Below, piece by piece: positions 54,965 through 64,000 of a stretch of DNA of 64,000 bases. The translations under genes and the position numbers were made by a program. The stretch lies in the NCBI GenBank assembly GCA_964494205.1, contig CAZBRD010000020.1, positions 1-64,000 on the forward strand, written 5' to 3'. The notes under the pieces are model-generated. The model worked only from the letters and a program-made list of their open reading frames with translations. It was not told the DNA's origin and made no database searches. The stretch is from an uncultured Phycisphaeraceae bacterium (GTDB lineage: Bacteria > Planctomycetota > Phycisphaerae > UBA1845). Numbering within the stretch: position 1 is the stretch's first letter; each line of letters opens with the position of its first letter.

Positions 54965-56524
54965 ATGAAAGCTGCTTCGCTATTCGTCGTCTCGCTCTGC
55001 ATACTTGGTTCTTCTGCTGTCATCGCCGGTGAGTCGCGCGAACAGTGGTATACGGATGGCCGCGATTTCGTGGCTAATGCCAAGAAACTTGCACCGATCA
55101 CAGCCAAGGCAAAGAACATTATCCTCTTTCTTGGCGACGGGATGGGTGTAACCACGGTCACGGCCGCGCGCATTCTAGAGGGTCAGCAGCAAGGAAAAAC
55201 GGGCGAAGAGAACGTGCTCAGTTTTGAGAAGTTTCCGTATTCCGCACTGATTAAGACTTACAACACCAACCAGCAGGTTCCCGATTCCGCGGGGACGATG
55301 ACCGCCATTGTTGCTGGAGTGAAGACGAAGGCCGGCGTCCTGAGCGTAGATCAGGACGTGACTCGCGGCGATCACACGTCGATGAGCGGAAATGAGGTTA
55401 CCACCATCCTGGAAATGGCAGAAAAGGCGGGCTTGTCTACCGGCGTCGTCACCAACATGACAGTCACGCACGCGACGCCCGGGGCCTGCTATGCGCACAC
55501 GCCCGAACGTGAATGGGAAGATGACGCGGGCCTTAGCAAAGAAGCGCGGGCTGCGGGATTCCCGGATATCGCACGGCAACTGATCGAGTTTCCCATCGGT
55601 AACGGCCTCGAAGTCGCGCTGGGGGGCGGGCGCAGTTATTTCCTGCCGAGTACCGTGGACGATCCCGAAGAATCATCGAAAAAAGGGCGGCGACTAGATG
55701 GTCGTGATCTAACAACTGAGTGGCAGAAAAAATCCAACGCAGCCTACGTCTGGAACAAGTCGCAATTCGACGCGATTGATCCGGCGAAGGTTGATCATCT
55801 GCTCGGCCTTTTTGATCCGCTTTACTTGGAGTACGAAATCGATCGCGCCAGCGACACCGGCGGCGAACCGTCACTGAGCGAGATGACCCGCAAGGCGATC
55901 GATGTAGTATCGAAAAATGAAAAGGGCTATTTCCTCATGGTCGAAGGCGGTCAGATTGATCGCGCGCATCATTCCACCAACGCCTATCGCGCTTTGACTG
56001 AGACAATTGAGTTCGCCAACGCCGTGCGGGTCGCGGTGGAGAAAACGAAGCGCGAAGAAACGCTGATCGTCGTCACGGCTGATCACAGTCATGTGTTTGT
56101 GATGGGGGGGCATGCGACGCGCGGCAACCCGATCCTGGGGCTGGTGTGGGGAAACAAGCGCGACGGCCAGCGAACGGACGCGCCCAAGAAGGATGCGCTC
56201 GGGCTGCCTTTCACGACGCTGAGTTATGCGAACGGACCTGGATACGCTGGTGAATCGGCTTCGCAACCGGAAGGGTCCAAGAAGTTCGATCACGAAGGCA
56301 AGGGTTTCAAGGGGATCACGCACGGTCGTCCCGAATTGAAAAACACCGACGTGCAGGCGCCATCGTATTTGCAGGAGTGCCTCGTGCCGCTGGAGGAGGA
56401 GACACACAGTGGAGAAGACGTTCCGCTCTATGCGGATGGACCGTCAGCACATCTATTCCGTGGGGTGATGGAACAGAACGTCATCTTTCATGTGATGGCG
56501 GAAGCGCTGCAATTGCAGCCGTGA
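54965..56524 (+). CDS. phoA: alkaline phosphatase, secreted
   Basis: Active-site Ser block VPDSAGTMTAIVAG (compare VTDSAASATAW). Metal-ligand regions DGMG near the N-terminus and TADHSH. Signal peptide MKAASLFVVSLCILGSSAVIAG. GGAGGT RBS before the ATG at 54965. Confidence 0.8.
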   Translation: MKAASLFVVSLCILGSSAVIAGESREQWYTDGRDFVANAKKLAPITAKAKNIILFLGDGMGVTTVTAARILEGQQQGKTGEENVLSFEKFPYSALIKTYNTNQQVPDSAGTMTAIVAGVKTKAGVLSVDQDVTRGDHTSMSGNEVTTILEMAEKAGLSTGVVTNMTVTHATPGACYAHTPEREWEDDAGLSKEARAAGFPDIARQLIEFPIGNGLEVALGGGRSYFLPSTVDDPEESSKKGRRLDGRDLTTEWQKKSNAAYVWNKSQFDAIDPAKVDHLLGLFDPLYLEYEIDRASDTGGEPSLSEMTRKAIDVVSKNEKGYFLMVEGGQIDRAHHSTNAYRALTETIEFANAVRVAVEKTKREETLIVVTADHSHVFVMGGHATRGNPILGLVWGNKRDGQRTDAPKKDALGLPFTTLSYANGPGYAGESASQPEGSKKFDHEGKGFKGITHGRPELKNTDVQAPSYLQECLVPLEEETHSGEDVPLYADGPSAHLFRGVMEQNVIFHVMAEALQLQP

Positions 56525-56685
56525 TCAACACAGCCAATGCCTTCTTTTCATTGGATTTGTAGCTGCGAGTAGAAGGCACAGCTCATGGGACTGCGGCACA
56601 AATCCTAAACGCACTGCTCGCAGAGCAGTGGCACTCGGCGATTCTTGACCTGCCCGCCCGCTAGGTGAGCACGTTGTAGGCAGCG

Positions 56686-57732
56686 TTATGCGAACAGACT
56701 TGTCTGATCTGCTGTCGCTCGTGAATTGGTGCGGGTGAAAGGGATGGCTAGATGCTTGTACGCGGCCTCGGTGGCCTGCCGACCCTGGCGGGTGCGAATT
56801 AGAAAACCGATTTGCAGCAGATATGGTTCGACTACGTCTTCAAGTGTGTCGCGTTCCTGACCCATGGTGGCGGCGAGCGCTTCGATGCCGGCGGGGCCAC
56901 CGTTGTAGATTTTGATAAGCGAAGTGAGAAACGAGCGGTCGAGCTCGTCGAGGCCGAGGGCGTCAACCTGCTGCACGTCGAGGGCGCTTTGAACAAGATC
57001 GTGGCGGAGCACGCCGTCTCCCCGCACCTGTGCATAATCACGCGCACGCTTCAAGAGGCGGTTGGCTACGCGCGGGGTTCCGCGACTGCGTGCGGCGATG
57101 AGGTCGAGGGCGTCGGTCTCGGCGTCGACCCCCAGTTTTCTGGCTGATCGTTGAAGCACTTCCGTCAGATCGTCCGTGCCGTAGAAATCGAAATGATAGG
57201 AGTGGCCAAAGCGATCGCGCATCGCGTTGCTGAGCATGCCTGCGCGCGTCGTCGCGCCGATTAATGTGAATCGTCGCAAGGCGAAATTCACCACGCGGCC
57301 ACTGAGACCACCTTCGATTGTGAAATCGACACGGAAGTCTTCCATAGCAGGGTAGAGGAATTCTTCCACGATCGTTGGCAGTCGATGGATCTCATCGATG
57401 AACAGGACGTCGCCGGTTTCTAAGTTAGTGAGGATTGCCATGAGGTCGGCCTGTTTCGCGAGCGAGGGGCCAGACGTGATTCGCGGCGTCTTGCCGGTCA
57501 TTTCGCGGGCGATCACGTTGGCCAGCGTTGTCTTCCCCAAACCCGGTGGGCCATCGAGTAGAATGTGCTCCAGTGGTTCGCCGCGCTTTCGTGCGGCGGC
57601 CATCGCGATGGTGAGTTTTTCCATCAATGCGCGCTGACCGATCATCTCGGCTAAGGATTGGGGACGAAGAGCGCTGTCGAAGGATTCATCTTCGATGCGA
57701 GCACTTCCTGAGATGATACGATCGCGTGCCAT
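56686..57732 (-). CDS. ruvB: Holliday junction branch migration helicase RuvB
   Basis: Walker A LLDGPPGLGKTTLANVIAREM; sensor and Walker B VLFIDEIHRL; RuvB C-terminal winged helix. Confidence 0.9.
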   Translation of the reverse strand: MARDRIISGSARIEDESFDSALRPQSLAEMIGQRALMEKLTIAMAAARKRGEPLEHILLDGPPGLGKTTLANVIAREMTGKTPRITSGPSLAKQADLMAILTNLETGDVLFIDEIHRLPTIVEEFLYPAMEDFRVDFTIEGGLSGRVVNFALRRFTLIGATTRAGMLSNAMRDRFGHSYHFDFYGTDDLTEVLQRSARKLGVDAETDALDLIAARSRGTPRVANRLLKRARDYAQVRGDGVLRHDLVQSALDVQQVDALGLDELDRSFLTSLIKIYNGGPAGIEALAATMGQERDTLEDVVEPYLLQIGFLIRTRQGRQATEAAYKHLAIPFTRTNSRATADQTSLFA

Positions 57733-57738
57733 TTTTTT

Positions 57739-57850
57739 GAATTACGAATTACGAATTACGAATTACAAAGACATCGGACGCGTTTCGTGTCAGACCGAAT
57801 TACGTGGGCGTCCATAGACTTTTGTAATTAGTAATTTGCAATTCGTAATT
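57739..57850. repeat. AT-rich GAATTAC x4 direct heptad array plus inverted GTAATT copies in the ruvA-ruvB spacer
   Basis: 57739-57766 is (GAATTAC)x4. 57824-57850 is GTAATTAGTAATTTGCAATTCGTAATTAT with inverted orientation. The whole 112-nt spacer is much more AT-rich than the flanking genes and forms a long imperfect palindrome abutting the ruvB start codon. Confidence 0.6.
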
Positions 57851-58475
57851 ATCCTCCCGCTTTTATGCGATACGCCGCCCGGACCCATTCGTCGGCTGAA
57901 TCGATTTTCCCGTTCGACTTCGCTGCTTGATCCAACCAGCGCTCAGCTTCTCCGCGACCGTCGCCCCACGCAACCAGGATTTCGAGGGCGTCTTTCTGTG
58001 GTCGAGACAACGCCACCGATTCTCTTGGCATAGACACCGCAGCCGTTGCGGCCAAACTGCTGAGTTTGCCTTTGAGTGATGCGACTATCAACTCCGCGCC
58101 GCGCTGACCGATTCCCGGCAATCGTGAGAGGGCTTTGGCATCTCCCGATTCGATCCATGCCGCGATTCGGCCTGCCGGTTCGGCGAGGGCTTTCAGCGCC
58201 TTTCGGGGGCCGATTCCTTTTACGTTCACGAACTGTTGGAAGAACTCGCGATCCTCCACTCGCGTGAAGCCGAGCATGCGCGGAACCAGATTGCCTGATG
58301 CCTGATTCCCTTCGAAAAACTCGAGCGTGTGCAGTGTCACGCTTCGGCCGTGGAACGCAGCCAGTTCGCCGACTGCGTAGTGCGGAACCAAGACTTCTCG
58401 TGCGATTCCGCCTTGCTCGACCACCACCGAGCCTTCGGCGATTTCCGCGATAATGCCGGTGATTCGAACGATCAT
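57849..58475 (-). CDS. ruvA: Holliday junction DNA helicase RuvA
   Basis: MIVRITGIIAEIAEGSVVVEQGGIAREVLVP matches RuvA domain I (MIGRLRGII.E......LIEV.GVGYEV..P). HhH pairs in domain II (LPGIGQRGAELIV). Confidence 0.85.
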   Translation of the reverse strand: MIVRITGIIAEIAEGSVVVEQGGIAREVLVPHYAVGELAAFHGRSVTLHTLEFFEGNQASGNLVPRMLGFTRVEDREFFQQFVNVKGIGPRKALKALAEPAGRIAAWIESGDAKALSRLPGIGQRGAELIVASLKGKLSSLAATAAVSMPRESVALSRPQKDALEILVAWGDGRGEAERWLDQAAKSNGKIDSADEWVRAAYRIKAGG

Positions 58476-59029
58476 CTCCGCGACTCCAAAGTCGCCAATA
58501 TCGCCGCTTGCGTCTTGCTTCGTGTTCGAGGCGATCGAGTCGCTATTGGATTCAACAGGTCGGCTGCACAGGTCATCGCGATGGCGATGGCGTCCGCCAC
58601 GTCAGCCGGTTCCGGGAGTTTTGACAGGCCGAGTTCGCGTTCGACCGAACGCTGGACCTGCAGCTTCGTGGCCCGGCCATGTCCTGTGAGATATCGCTTG
58701 ATGCGGGTGGCTGCGAAGCTTCGCACGGCGAGGCCCAGTTCGGCCGCAGCGGACAGAATCACGCCGCGTGCATGGCCCATCAAGATGGCAGTGCGAGGAT
58801 GTTCGTAATGTGCGTAGAGTTGTTCGACGGCAACGACGGCGGGAGAATGTTCCTGTAGTACGGATAAGACGTCGCTGCGAAGTCGTGCGAGGCGAGTGGG
58901 CAGTTCAAGCGCCCGATCGATTCGGCAAACGCCTGCGTCGAGGATGTGCATCGCGCCCGGTCGCCCGGCCATCACTGCGTAGCCGGTAATGGCTAAACCC
59001 GGATCGATACCGCAGATCACCGCATCCAT
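58472..59029 (-). CDS. ruvC: crossover junction endodeoxyribonuclease RuvC
   Basis: ICGIDPGLAITGYAVM catalytic Asp block; RNase H-like fold pattern. Start at the ATG 59029 (GGAG RBS 12 nt upstream) rather than the ORF-track 59104. Overlaps the ruvA start by 4 nt. Confidence 0.8.
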   Translation of the reverse strand: MDAVICGIDPGLAITGYAVMAGRPGAMHILDAGVCRIDRALELPTRLARLRSDVLSVLQEHSPAVVAVEQLYAHYEHPRTAILMGHARGVILSAAAELGLAVRSFAATRIKRYLTGHGRATKLQVQRSVERELGLSKLPEPADVADAIAIAMTCAADLLNPIATRSPRTRSKTQAAILATLESRR

Positions 59030-59186
59030 ACGGAACCAGCACTCCTTTGCGCGAGATGCGCCAACGATTTCGTGTAGGGTCGAGCCGAATTGATCGTATG
59101 TCAAGCGAATTCAAAGAAAAAGACCACCGCCTGGTAGGGCGGTGGTCGGGTGTGATTATCGAGCTCGCGCGTTGATGCGCCGCAGA

Positions 59187-61124
59187 TCAGCGCGTCGGGG
59201 TGAACATGTTCACCGCTGGTTTGGCTGCTTCGAGCCAATTCATCGCGTTCGTCTTAACGGGTGCAGCCATGCCGATCTCTTCGAGCGACGGCATTCCCAT
59301 CCAGCACAAAGGCTTGGTTGTTTGCGAGAAGAACAGAACCTGTTGATCGAAGGGCACCACCGGAGCCGCAGCGGTTGCCTGGAGGAACGTGTTGACCGCC
59401 TGCTCCATATTCACTGCGCCCAGCGACTCAAACAATTCGCCGAAGCTGCTGGAACGCGGGTAGTGGACGATCTTCAGCTCTGCGCTGGCGGGAATGTTAG
59501 CGAAATCGCGAGCGGAGTTGATGGCCTCTGCGAGTCCGCCGAGTTCATCGACGAGGCCAATTTCCTTGGCCTGGCGACCGGTGTAGATCCGGCCCTCCGC
59601 GATCTTGCGGACTTCGGCGGCGGGCAAGCGGCGTGTGGTGGCGACGCGATCGACGAAAATGCTGTAGAAGTCGTTGATGTAGTCCTGAATGAACTGGCGA
59701 TCGTCCTTGTCCATGGCGCGATGGGGGGAGCCGAGCGTGGCGCGATCGCCGCGCTTCATTTCGAAGAGCTCGTAGTCCATCCGGTTTAAGGCGGATTGCG
59801 CCATCTGGAAAATGCCGAGCACGCCGATCGAGCCGGTAATTGTTGTCGGCTGGGCAAAAATTCGCCGCGCTGGGCAGGCGATGTAATAACCGCCGGAACC
59901 GGCGACTCGTCCCATGCTGACGACGAGCGGCTTTTCCTCGTTCAGTTTGCGAAGCTGTTGCCAGATCACGTCGGAGGCGTAGCCCGAACCGCCGGGTGAA
60001 TCGACGCGCATCACGACTGCCTTGATCGACTTATTCTTGCGCAGTTCTTCGACGACTTCGACGAACGCATCGCGCGAAATGACCTGTGAGGCCATTCCCG
60101 CGCCGAGGTTTTGATCGATGATGGGGCCGCGAGCGTCGAGCACGGCGATCTTAGGCCCGACGGCCTTCCGGGCGTCTTCCTGCTGGCGCATCTCGTCGTT
60201 GATCATCTCCATGAAGTCCTGCAACGAGTTCACGTCTGCAAGGCTTCGCTCGAATCCCTGATACTTTTTCAGCTTGTCGCGACGCAGGATGCGATCGCGG
60301 CATTCATCGTAATAGGCCAAGTGGTCAGCGAGTCCGCGCTGGAGGGAATCGTTGGCATCGAACATCGCGGTGTTGACTATGTCGTCCACGGCCTCTCGCG
60401 AGAGCTTGCGGCTGGTCATGATGATGTTTTTGTAGTCTTCGATCCAGCCATCGAGGATCGCGTTGTACGCTTCCTTGAAATACTGATTCGGTTCGCGCTC
60501 GTTCATGAAGCCGGGATACTTGAAGCGGCCGGCGGTGATGACATCGAACTCGATGCCCTGCATCTGGTAGTGACCCTTGAGGAAGGGGAATACGCTTCCC
60601 ACGCCGGGCAGCGAAACGCCGCCAGTCGGGGCGAGGACGACCTCGTCGGCTGCACATGCGAGCAAGTAGGCGTTGGGACTGCCATCGTTGAAATAGGCTG
60701 TCACCTTTTTGCCGGAATTACGCACACGCTCTACGCCCGCACGCAGTTCTTCGACATCAGGCAACGACAGAGCGAGACCGCCGACATCGAGTAGAACTCC
60801 GCCGACTTTGTCGTCCTTCTGCCATTCTTCGAGGCGATCCAGCACGTCCTGCACGGTGCGCGTGCGGCCGGGCAGCGGCAAGTTGATCGCGCGAGCGGGC
60901 ACCACGTACTCATCGAGCTTCATCTCGACGAGCCGCTTGATGGGACTTTCGGCGTCGGACTTTTCTTTCGATTTGTCCGCGTCCTTGTCCTTGGACTTCT
61001 CTTTGTCTTTGTCCTTCTCCTCGGCCAGTGACTTCTGCTCGTCCTTCTTTTCCGGTTCTGGCTCTGAGGCCCAGACCGGTGCGATCAGACCGAACAGGAT
61101 CAACCATAATCTCGCCAGCTTCAT
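59187..61124 (-). CDS. sppA: signal peptide peptidase SppA (S49 family, 67K tandem type)
   Basis: Two S49 repeats. Serine block VVMRVDSPGGSGYASDVI. N-terminal signal and a K/D/E-rich linker. 645 aa. Confidence 0.85.
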   Translation of the reverse strand: MKLARLWLILFGLIAPVWASEPEPEKKDEQKSLAEEKDKDKEKSKDKDADKSKEKSDAESPIKRLVEMKLDEYVVPARAINLPLPGRTRTVQDVLDRLEEWQKDDKVGGVLLDVGGLALSLPDVEELRAGVERVRNSGKKVTAYFNDGSPNAYLLACAADEVVLAPTGGVSLPGVGSVFPFLKGHYQMQGIEFDVITAGRFKYPGFMNEREPNQYFKEAYNAILDGWIEDYKNIIMTSRKLSREAVDDIVNTAMFDANDSLQRGLADHLAYYDECRDRILRRDKLKKYQGFERSLADVNSLQDFMEMINDEMRQQEDARKAVGPKIAVLDARGPIIDQNLGAGMASQVISRDAFVEVVEELRKNKSIKAVVMRVDSPGGSGYASDVIWQQLRKLNEEKPLVVSMGRVAGSGGYYIACPARRIFAQPTTITGSIGVLGIFQMAQSALNRMDYELFEMKRGDRATLGSPHRAMDKDDRQFIQDYINDFYSIFVDRVATTRRLPAAEVRKIAEGRIYTGRQAKEIGLVDELGGLAEAINSARDFANIPASAELKIVHYPRSSSFGELFESLGAVNMEQAVNTFLQATAAAPVVPFDQQVLFFSQTTKPLCWMGMPSLEEIGMAAPVKTNAMNWLEAAKPAVNMFTPTR

Positions 61125-63283
61125 GGTGCTTGCTCCTTGGGTTCTTCGACAGCGGCTTTAGCAACCTCAGCCGGGCCCGACTCGGGCGCAGCCGCAGGTG
61201 CGACGGCCTGCTTCTCCACAGTTCTTTCCTTCCGATGAATCAGGCCATCCTGATCAATGTACAACGATTCGAGGTGTTCAAATGTTTTCGGGGCATAACC
61301 GAGTGACCATTTGTCCTTGCCCCAGTTGAAGACGTAGAGGTCATCATCGAATTTGAATTCCTCGTCTTCTTCCTTTTCTTTTTCGTCTTTGGGCATTTCG
61401 AAAATGCTGTCGAGCCATTCCGACCATTCTTTCTTGGCGGAGAGTCGGAGGTGAAGGAGTTGAGGATTTCCCGCGAAGTCCACGTAGCCGTCGAGCTCCT
61501 GCAACTCCGCCGGCCAACGACCAAGGTCTTTGTGGAACAGTTTGCAGTGGTGATAAAGCACGCGAAGTTGCTGGCTCGCGGTTCGCTCGCGAGATAAATC
61601 GCTCGCGCCCGAATCCTCTACCAGCGAGGCAGCCAGCATCGACGGCAGGGCTATGGTTCCGAGCGGGATCGGCCCTTTGTGCTTGGCGCTCAGTCCCGTG
61701 TAATTCAGGTCGAGCTTAACGCTCGCATCGGACAGTTTTTCGTTAATGGCTTCCGGTTTGGGGAAGAGCGTTCGAATGCCGCCGGTGTTTAGCCCGACGT
61801 TGAAGTAGGGCAGGGTCCACTTATAGACCTGCTTCCAGTTGATCCATGCCTCGCCGTCCGTCTTTGTTCCTGAGGGCAGAAATCGGCTATCTTTGTTTCG
61901 CGGCAAGTCCAGCCAGCGACGAACAAATCCCTCGGGTGAGGTGCTTGTCCAGCCAAGTACCAGAAAGTCCTTTTCCTTGCCTTTGGCGTCCGTTTCCTTA
62001 GTCATGAAGAGGACGGGGTGCATGGTCAGCGGCATCATGAAACTGCCGCGCTGACCGCCGTCGTTCCAGAAAACCGTGCGGTCGCGAATGGTCACTTCCT
62101 TCCACGGCTCTTTTTGATCGCGCATACGATAAATCTTATTTACTTCCTCGACGGCTTTGCGGACGTCCTCGGCGAACTTGTCGGGGTCGCGAGATTTCAT
62201 CTGGAAAACCAGATCGGGCGCGGGCAGAAAACCTTTACCGGGCAGTACCGTCAGGCACAATTCGGAATCCATCCGACTTGAAACCGGTCCGAGCGACTCC
62301 GCGCCCACCATTTCAAACTGTCCGCTATCGCTGACCATGAATTGGGGGCCGAAACCAGCCATGCCTTCCAGCATGCCCGGCGCTACGGTTGAATTGAACG
62401 CACCAGCGAAGAACGCTTCATTCGGCACGAAGAACGACTGCTTCACGCGACCGAGGAACATTTTCACGCCCATGCCGGAGATCGGCGGGAAGGCGAGTTG
62501 AATCGTTTCGTCCCAATCTCCGTCGCTGTCGACACGTCCCGCGTAGGTGACTGCGGTCAACACGCTGAAGTTGGAGAAGAACGTGGCGCCGCTGTCCTTC
62601 TCGGTGGAGGCGAGATTCAGGCGGCACGTCACCAGCGGCTCGCCAGCCGAAGTGCCATCGCCGGATTCAAGCTTGATGAAATCGGTCGGCGGGACGAGAT
62701 CGGCATGCGATGCGATGATTGATTGCCTGCCGCCCACCGGAATCAGAAACGCAAGGTTAGAGTCCGGCAGTTTGATGACAAACCCGCCGCCGTCCCGTTC
62801 CTTTAATGCGACGCCGCGCAGCAGATCCTTCGCGGTATCCGAAGCTAGAATCGCTTTGACGCGTTCGTGAAGTTCGGCGATCGGCCAATCCACCTGGAGC
62901 GCCCAGCGCGACTTGCCTTCCGTGTCTGGGGCGAATGTCGCGCCATGCAACGCGGTGTCGTTCCACGAATGAAGTTGGGCGAGCATTTTCTGAAGCTCTT
63001 CGTGGTTGAATCCCTTCGACGTGTTTTCGGATGACTCCAGCAGAATGTTCCAAAGCTCGGTGGTGAATCCGCCGGCGCGACTGCGATGCATCTCGTGGAT
63101 GAGTTGCTTCACGGATGCGGCGTGAATCTCTGCGCGAGCGCTGATGTCCGCACGTTTTGGGGACTCCGCCGGCGTTTCAACGCCAGCGTAGCACTGCCCG
63201 AGGGGGACGATCGCACCTAACAGGAGGCTGATCGCACAACTGAACCGAGTTCTTCCAGGTTTTCGAATCAACATGATTCTCAA
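61121..63283 (-). CDS. large secreted hypothetical protein (720 aa), translationally coupled to sppA
   Basis: Signal peptide MRIMLIRK...LLLGAIVPLGQCYAG. Stop overlaps the sppA start by 4 nt. No domain recognised. Acidic KE-rich segment near the C-terminus. Confidence 0.5.
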   Translation of the reverse strand: MRIMLIRKPGRTRFSCAISLLLGAIVPLGQCYAGVETPAESPKRADISARAEIHAASVKQLIHEMHRSRAGGFTTELWNILLESSENTSKGFNHEELQKMLAQLHSWNDTALHGATFAPDTEGKSRWALQVDWPIAELHERVKAILASDTAKDLLRGVALKERDGGGFVIKLPDSNLAFLIPVGGRQSIIASHADLVPPTDFIKLESGDGTSAGEPLVTCRLNLASTEKDSGATFFSNFSVLTAVTYAGRVDSDGDWDETIQLAFPPISGMGVKMFLGRVKQSFFVPNEAFFAGAFNSTVAPGMLEGMAGFGPQFMVSDSGQFEMVGAESLGPVSSRMDSELCLTVLPGKGFLPAPDLVFQMKSRDPDKFAEDVRKAVEEVNKIYRMRDQKEPWKEVTIRDRTVFWNDGGQRGSFMMPLTMHPVLFMTKETDAKGKEKDFLVLGWTSTSPEGFVRRWLDLPRNKDSRFLPSGTKTDGEAWINWKQVYKWTLPYFNVGLNTGGIRTLFPKPEAINEKLSDASVKLDLNYTGLSAKHKGPIPLGTIALPSMLAASLVEDSGASDLSRERTASQQLRVLYHHCKLFHKDLGRWPAELQELDGYVDFAGNPQLLHLRLSAKKEWSEWLDSIFEMPKDEKEKEEDEEFKFDDDLYVFNWGKDKWSLGYAPKTFEHLESLYIDQDGLIHRKERTVEKQAVAPAAAPESGPAEVAKAAVEEPKEQAP

Positions 63284-63625
63284 TCCGTCAATCCATTCGC
63301 ACGACTCGTCATGTGGGTTCCTGACGAATCATGCAGTGATTCAAACGACGCTTCCTTCGCCCCTACCGGGGCTTTCGCAATTTGTGGTGTCCGAAAGTCC
63401 CACGGCTTCCGCCGTGGGCTGGCCGCGTGTCGCCGCTACCGCGGCTGGACGCATGGGTGGTGGCGGCTGACTTTGTTCCCGGCGAATTCGTCATTGTTGC
63501 CGAAACTCTATTGATAGCGTTCTTTCCCGCCTATGATCGAGCAAACAGGCTTAGACTGTTCCTGCAAATTCAGGCCTGCTGTGCGGATTCCGCTCTGCAC
63601 CGCTTTGACAGTACAGATACGAGGC

Positions 63626-64000
63626 TTACTTTGCAGAGGCTGTTTTTGCGTCACTACCGGTCGGGAGCTCCGTCGTTGCCGCAGGTGCAGCGCCGCCGGT
63701 TAGCGTCATGACTGCGTTCTTGCCCGCCACGATCAACTCCGTCGGAAGGAAAACGTCCATCCGAATCCATTCATCGCCGCCTGTCGCGGTCATGGCCAGC
63801 GGGGGAGTGCCCGCGGGAATCTTGACCGGCAGCTCATCTTCATCGGTGGCTTTGTTCAGCTCGTTGATCAGTTTGAGCGTTTCGTCGAGCGCGACGTAAA
63901 TCACTGACTGCCGTTCGGCGGGGATATTGGCTGCTACCTTCTTGATGCCCGCGTTAGAGTCGAGCGTTGCTTCCTTCTTGGCGGCGGACTGAACGACTTT
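63626..64000 (-). CDS. hypothetical protein, 5'-truncated by the window edge
   Basis: The reading frame is open from 64000 down to the stop at 63626 (...KVVQSAAKKEATLDSNAGIKKVAANIPAERQSVIYVALDETLKLINELNKATDEDELPVKIPAG...). The ORF-track Met at 63904 is an internal GTG. Confidence 0.4.
   Translation of the reverse strand, partial: KVVQSAAKKEATLDSNAGIKKVAANIPAERQSVIYVALDETLKLINELNKATDEDELPVKIPAGTPPLAMTATGGDEWIRMDVFLPTELIVAGKNAVMTLTGGAAPAATTELPTGSDAKTASAK

Noticed and set aside
1-64000. CRISPR arrays, restriction-modification, Abi/retron/CBASS/toxin-antitoxin-type defence loci
   Set aside because: No regularly spaced direct repeats and no recognisable defence domains were seen: no Cas proteins, nucleases, reverse transcriptases, SMODS/cyclases or TIR/STAND ATPases. 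YifB/ComM and UvrD show housekeeping-type full motif sets.

Overview
This 64 kb window is a high-GC (roughly 55-58 % by eye) bacterial chromosomal segment, gene-dense on both strands and dominated by housekeeping genes. Several features suggest a Planctomycetota-like lineage, but this is inference from gene content, not a database hit: a PSP1 protein, an FHA-GAF histidine kinase, an ECF sigma/anti-sigma pair with a long low-complexity anti-sigma tail, DUF502 and DUF3303 proteins, secreted multiheme cytochromes, and an exosortase-like membrane protein.

Recognisable genes:
- Translation and tRNA: prfC, metG, rsmJ, tRNA-Ile(GAT), tRNA-Arg(CCG).
- DNA repair: uvrD/pcrA and a ruvC-ruvA-ruvB operon.
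- Metabolism: trpC, fumC, a crotonase, manC, an FAH-family hydrolase.
- Redox: canonical trxA plus a CSPC-motif paralog, a cupredoxin, a hemerythrin-like protein, and a 5-heme and a 9-heme cytochrome c.
- Proteolysis, secretion and transport: clpS, CPBP protease, M3 peptidase, pip, C11 clostripain-like peptidase, sppA, tatA, CorC, SLC13 permease, APC permease.

I see no CRISPR array, integrase, transposase, prophage or recognisable named defence system. The less ordinary signals are mostly small or non-coding:
- a promoter-small ORF-terminator unit of foreign (AT-rich) composition beside tRNA-Ile;
- an AT-rich 45-aa hydrophobic peptide gene with its own terminator;
- two GAAT-based 7-nt periodic repeat arrays, just upstream of ruvB and 104-152 nt upstream of the ECF sigma operon;
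- a three-member CCCCTT-loop-AAGGGG palindromic element family;
- a degenerate tandem duplicate of the tatA 5' end with ATG changed to ACG;
- a convergent pair of secreted multiheme cytochromes, one with a dockerin-like C-terminus;
- an orphan FHA-GAF histidine kinase;
- a short exosortase-like protein;
- two roughly 600-nt non-coding regions.

All calls rest on motif recognition in the supplied translations; no searches could be run.
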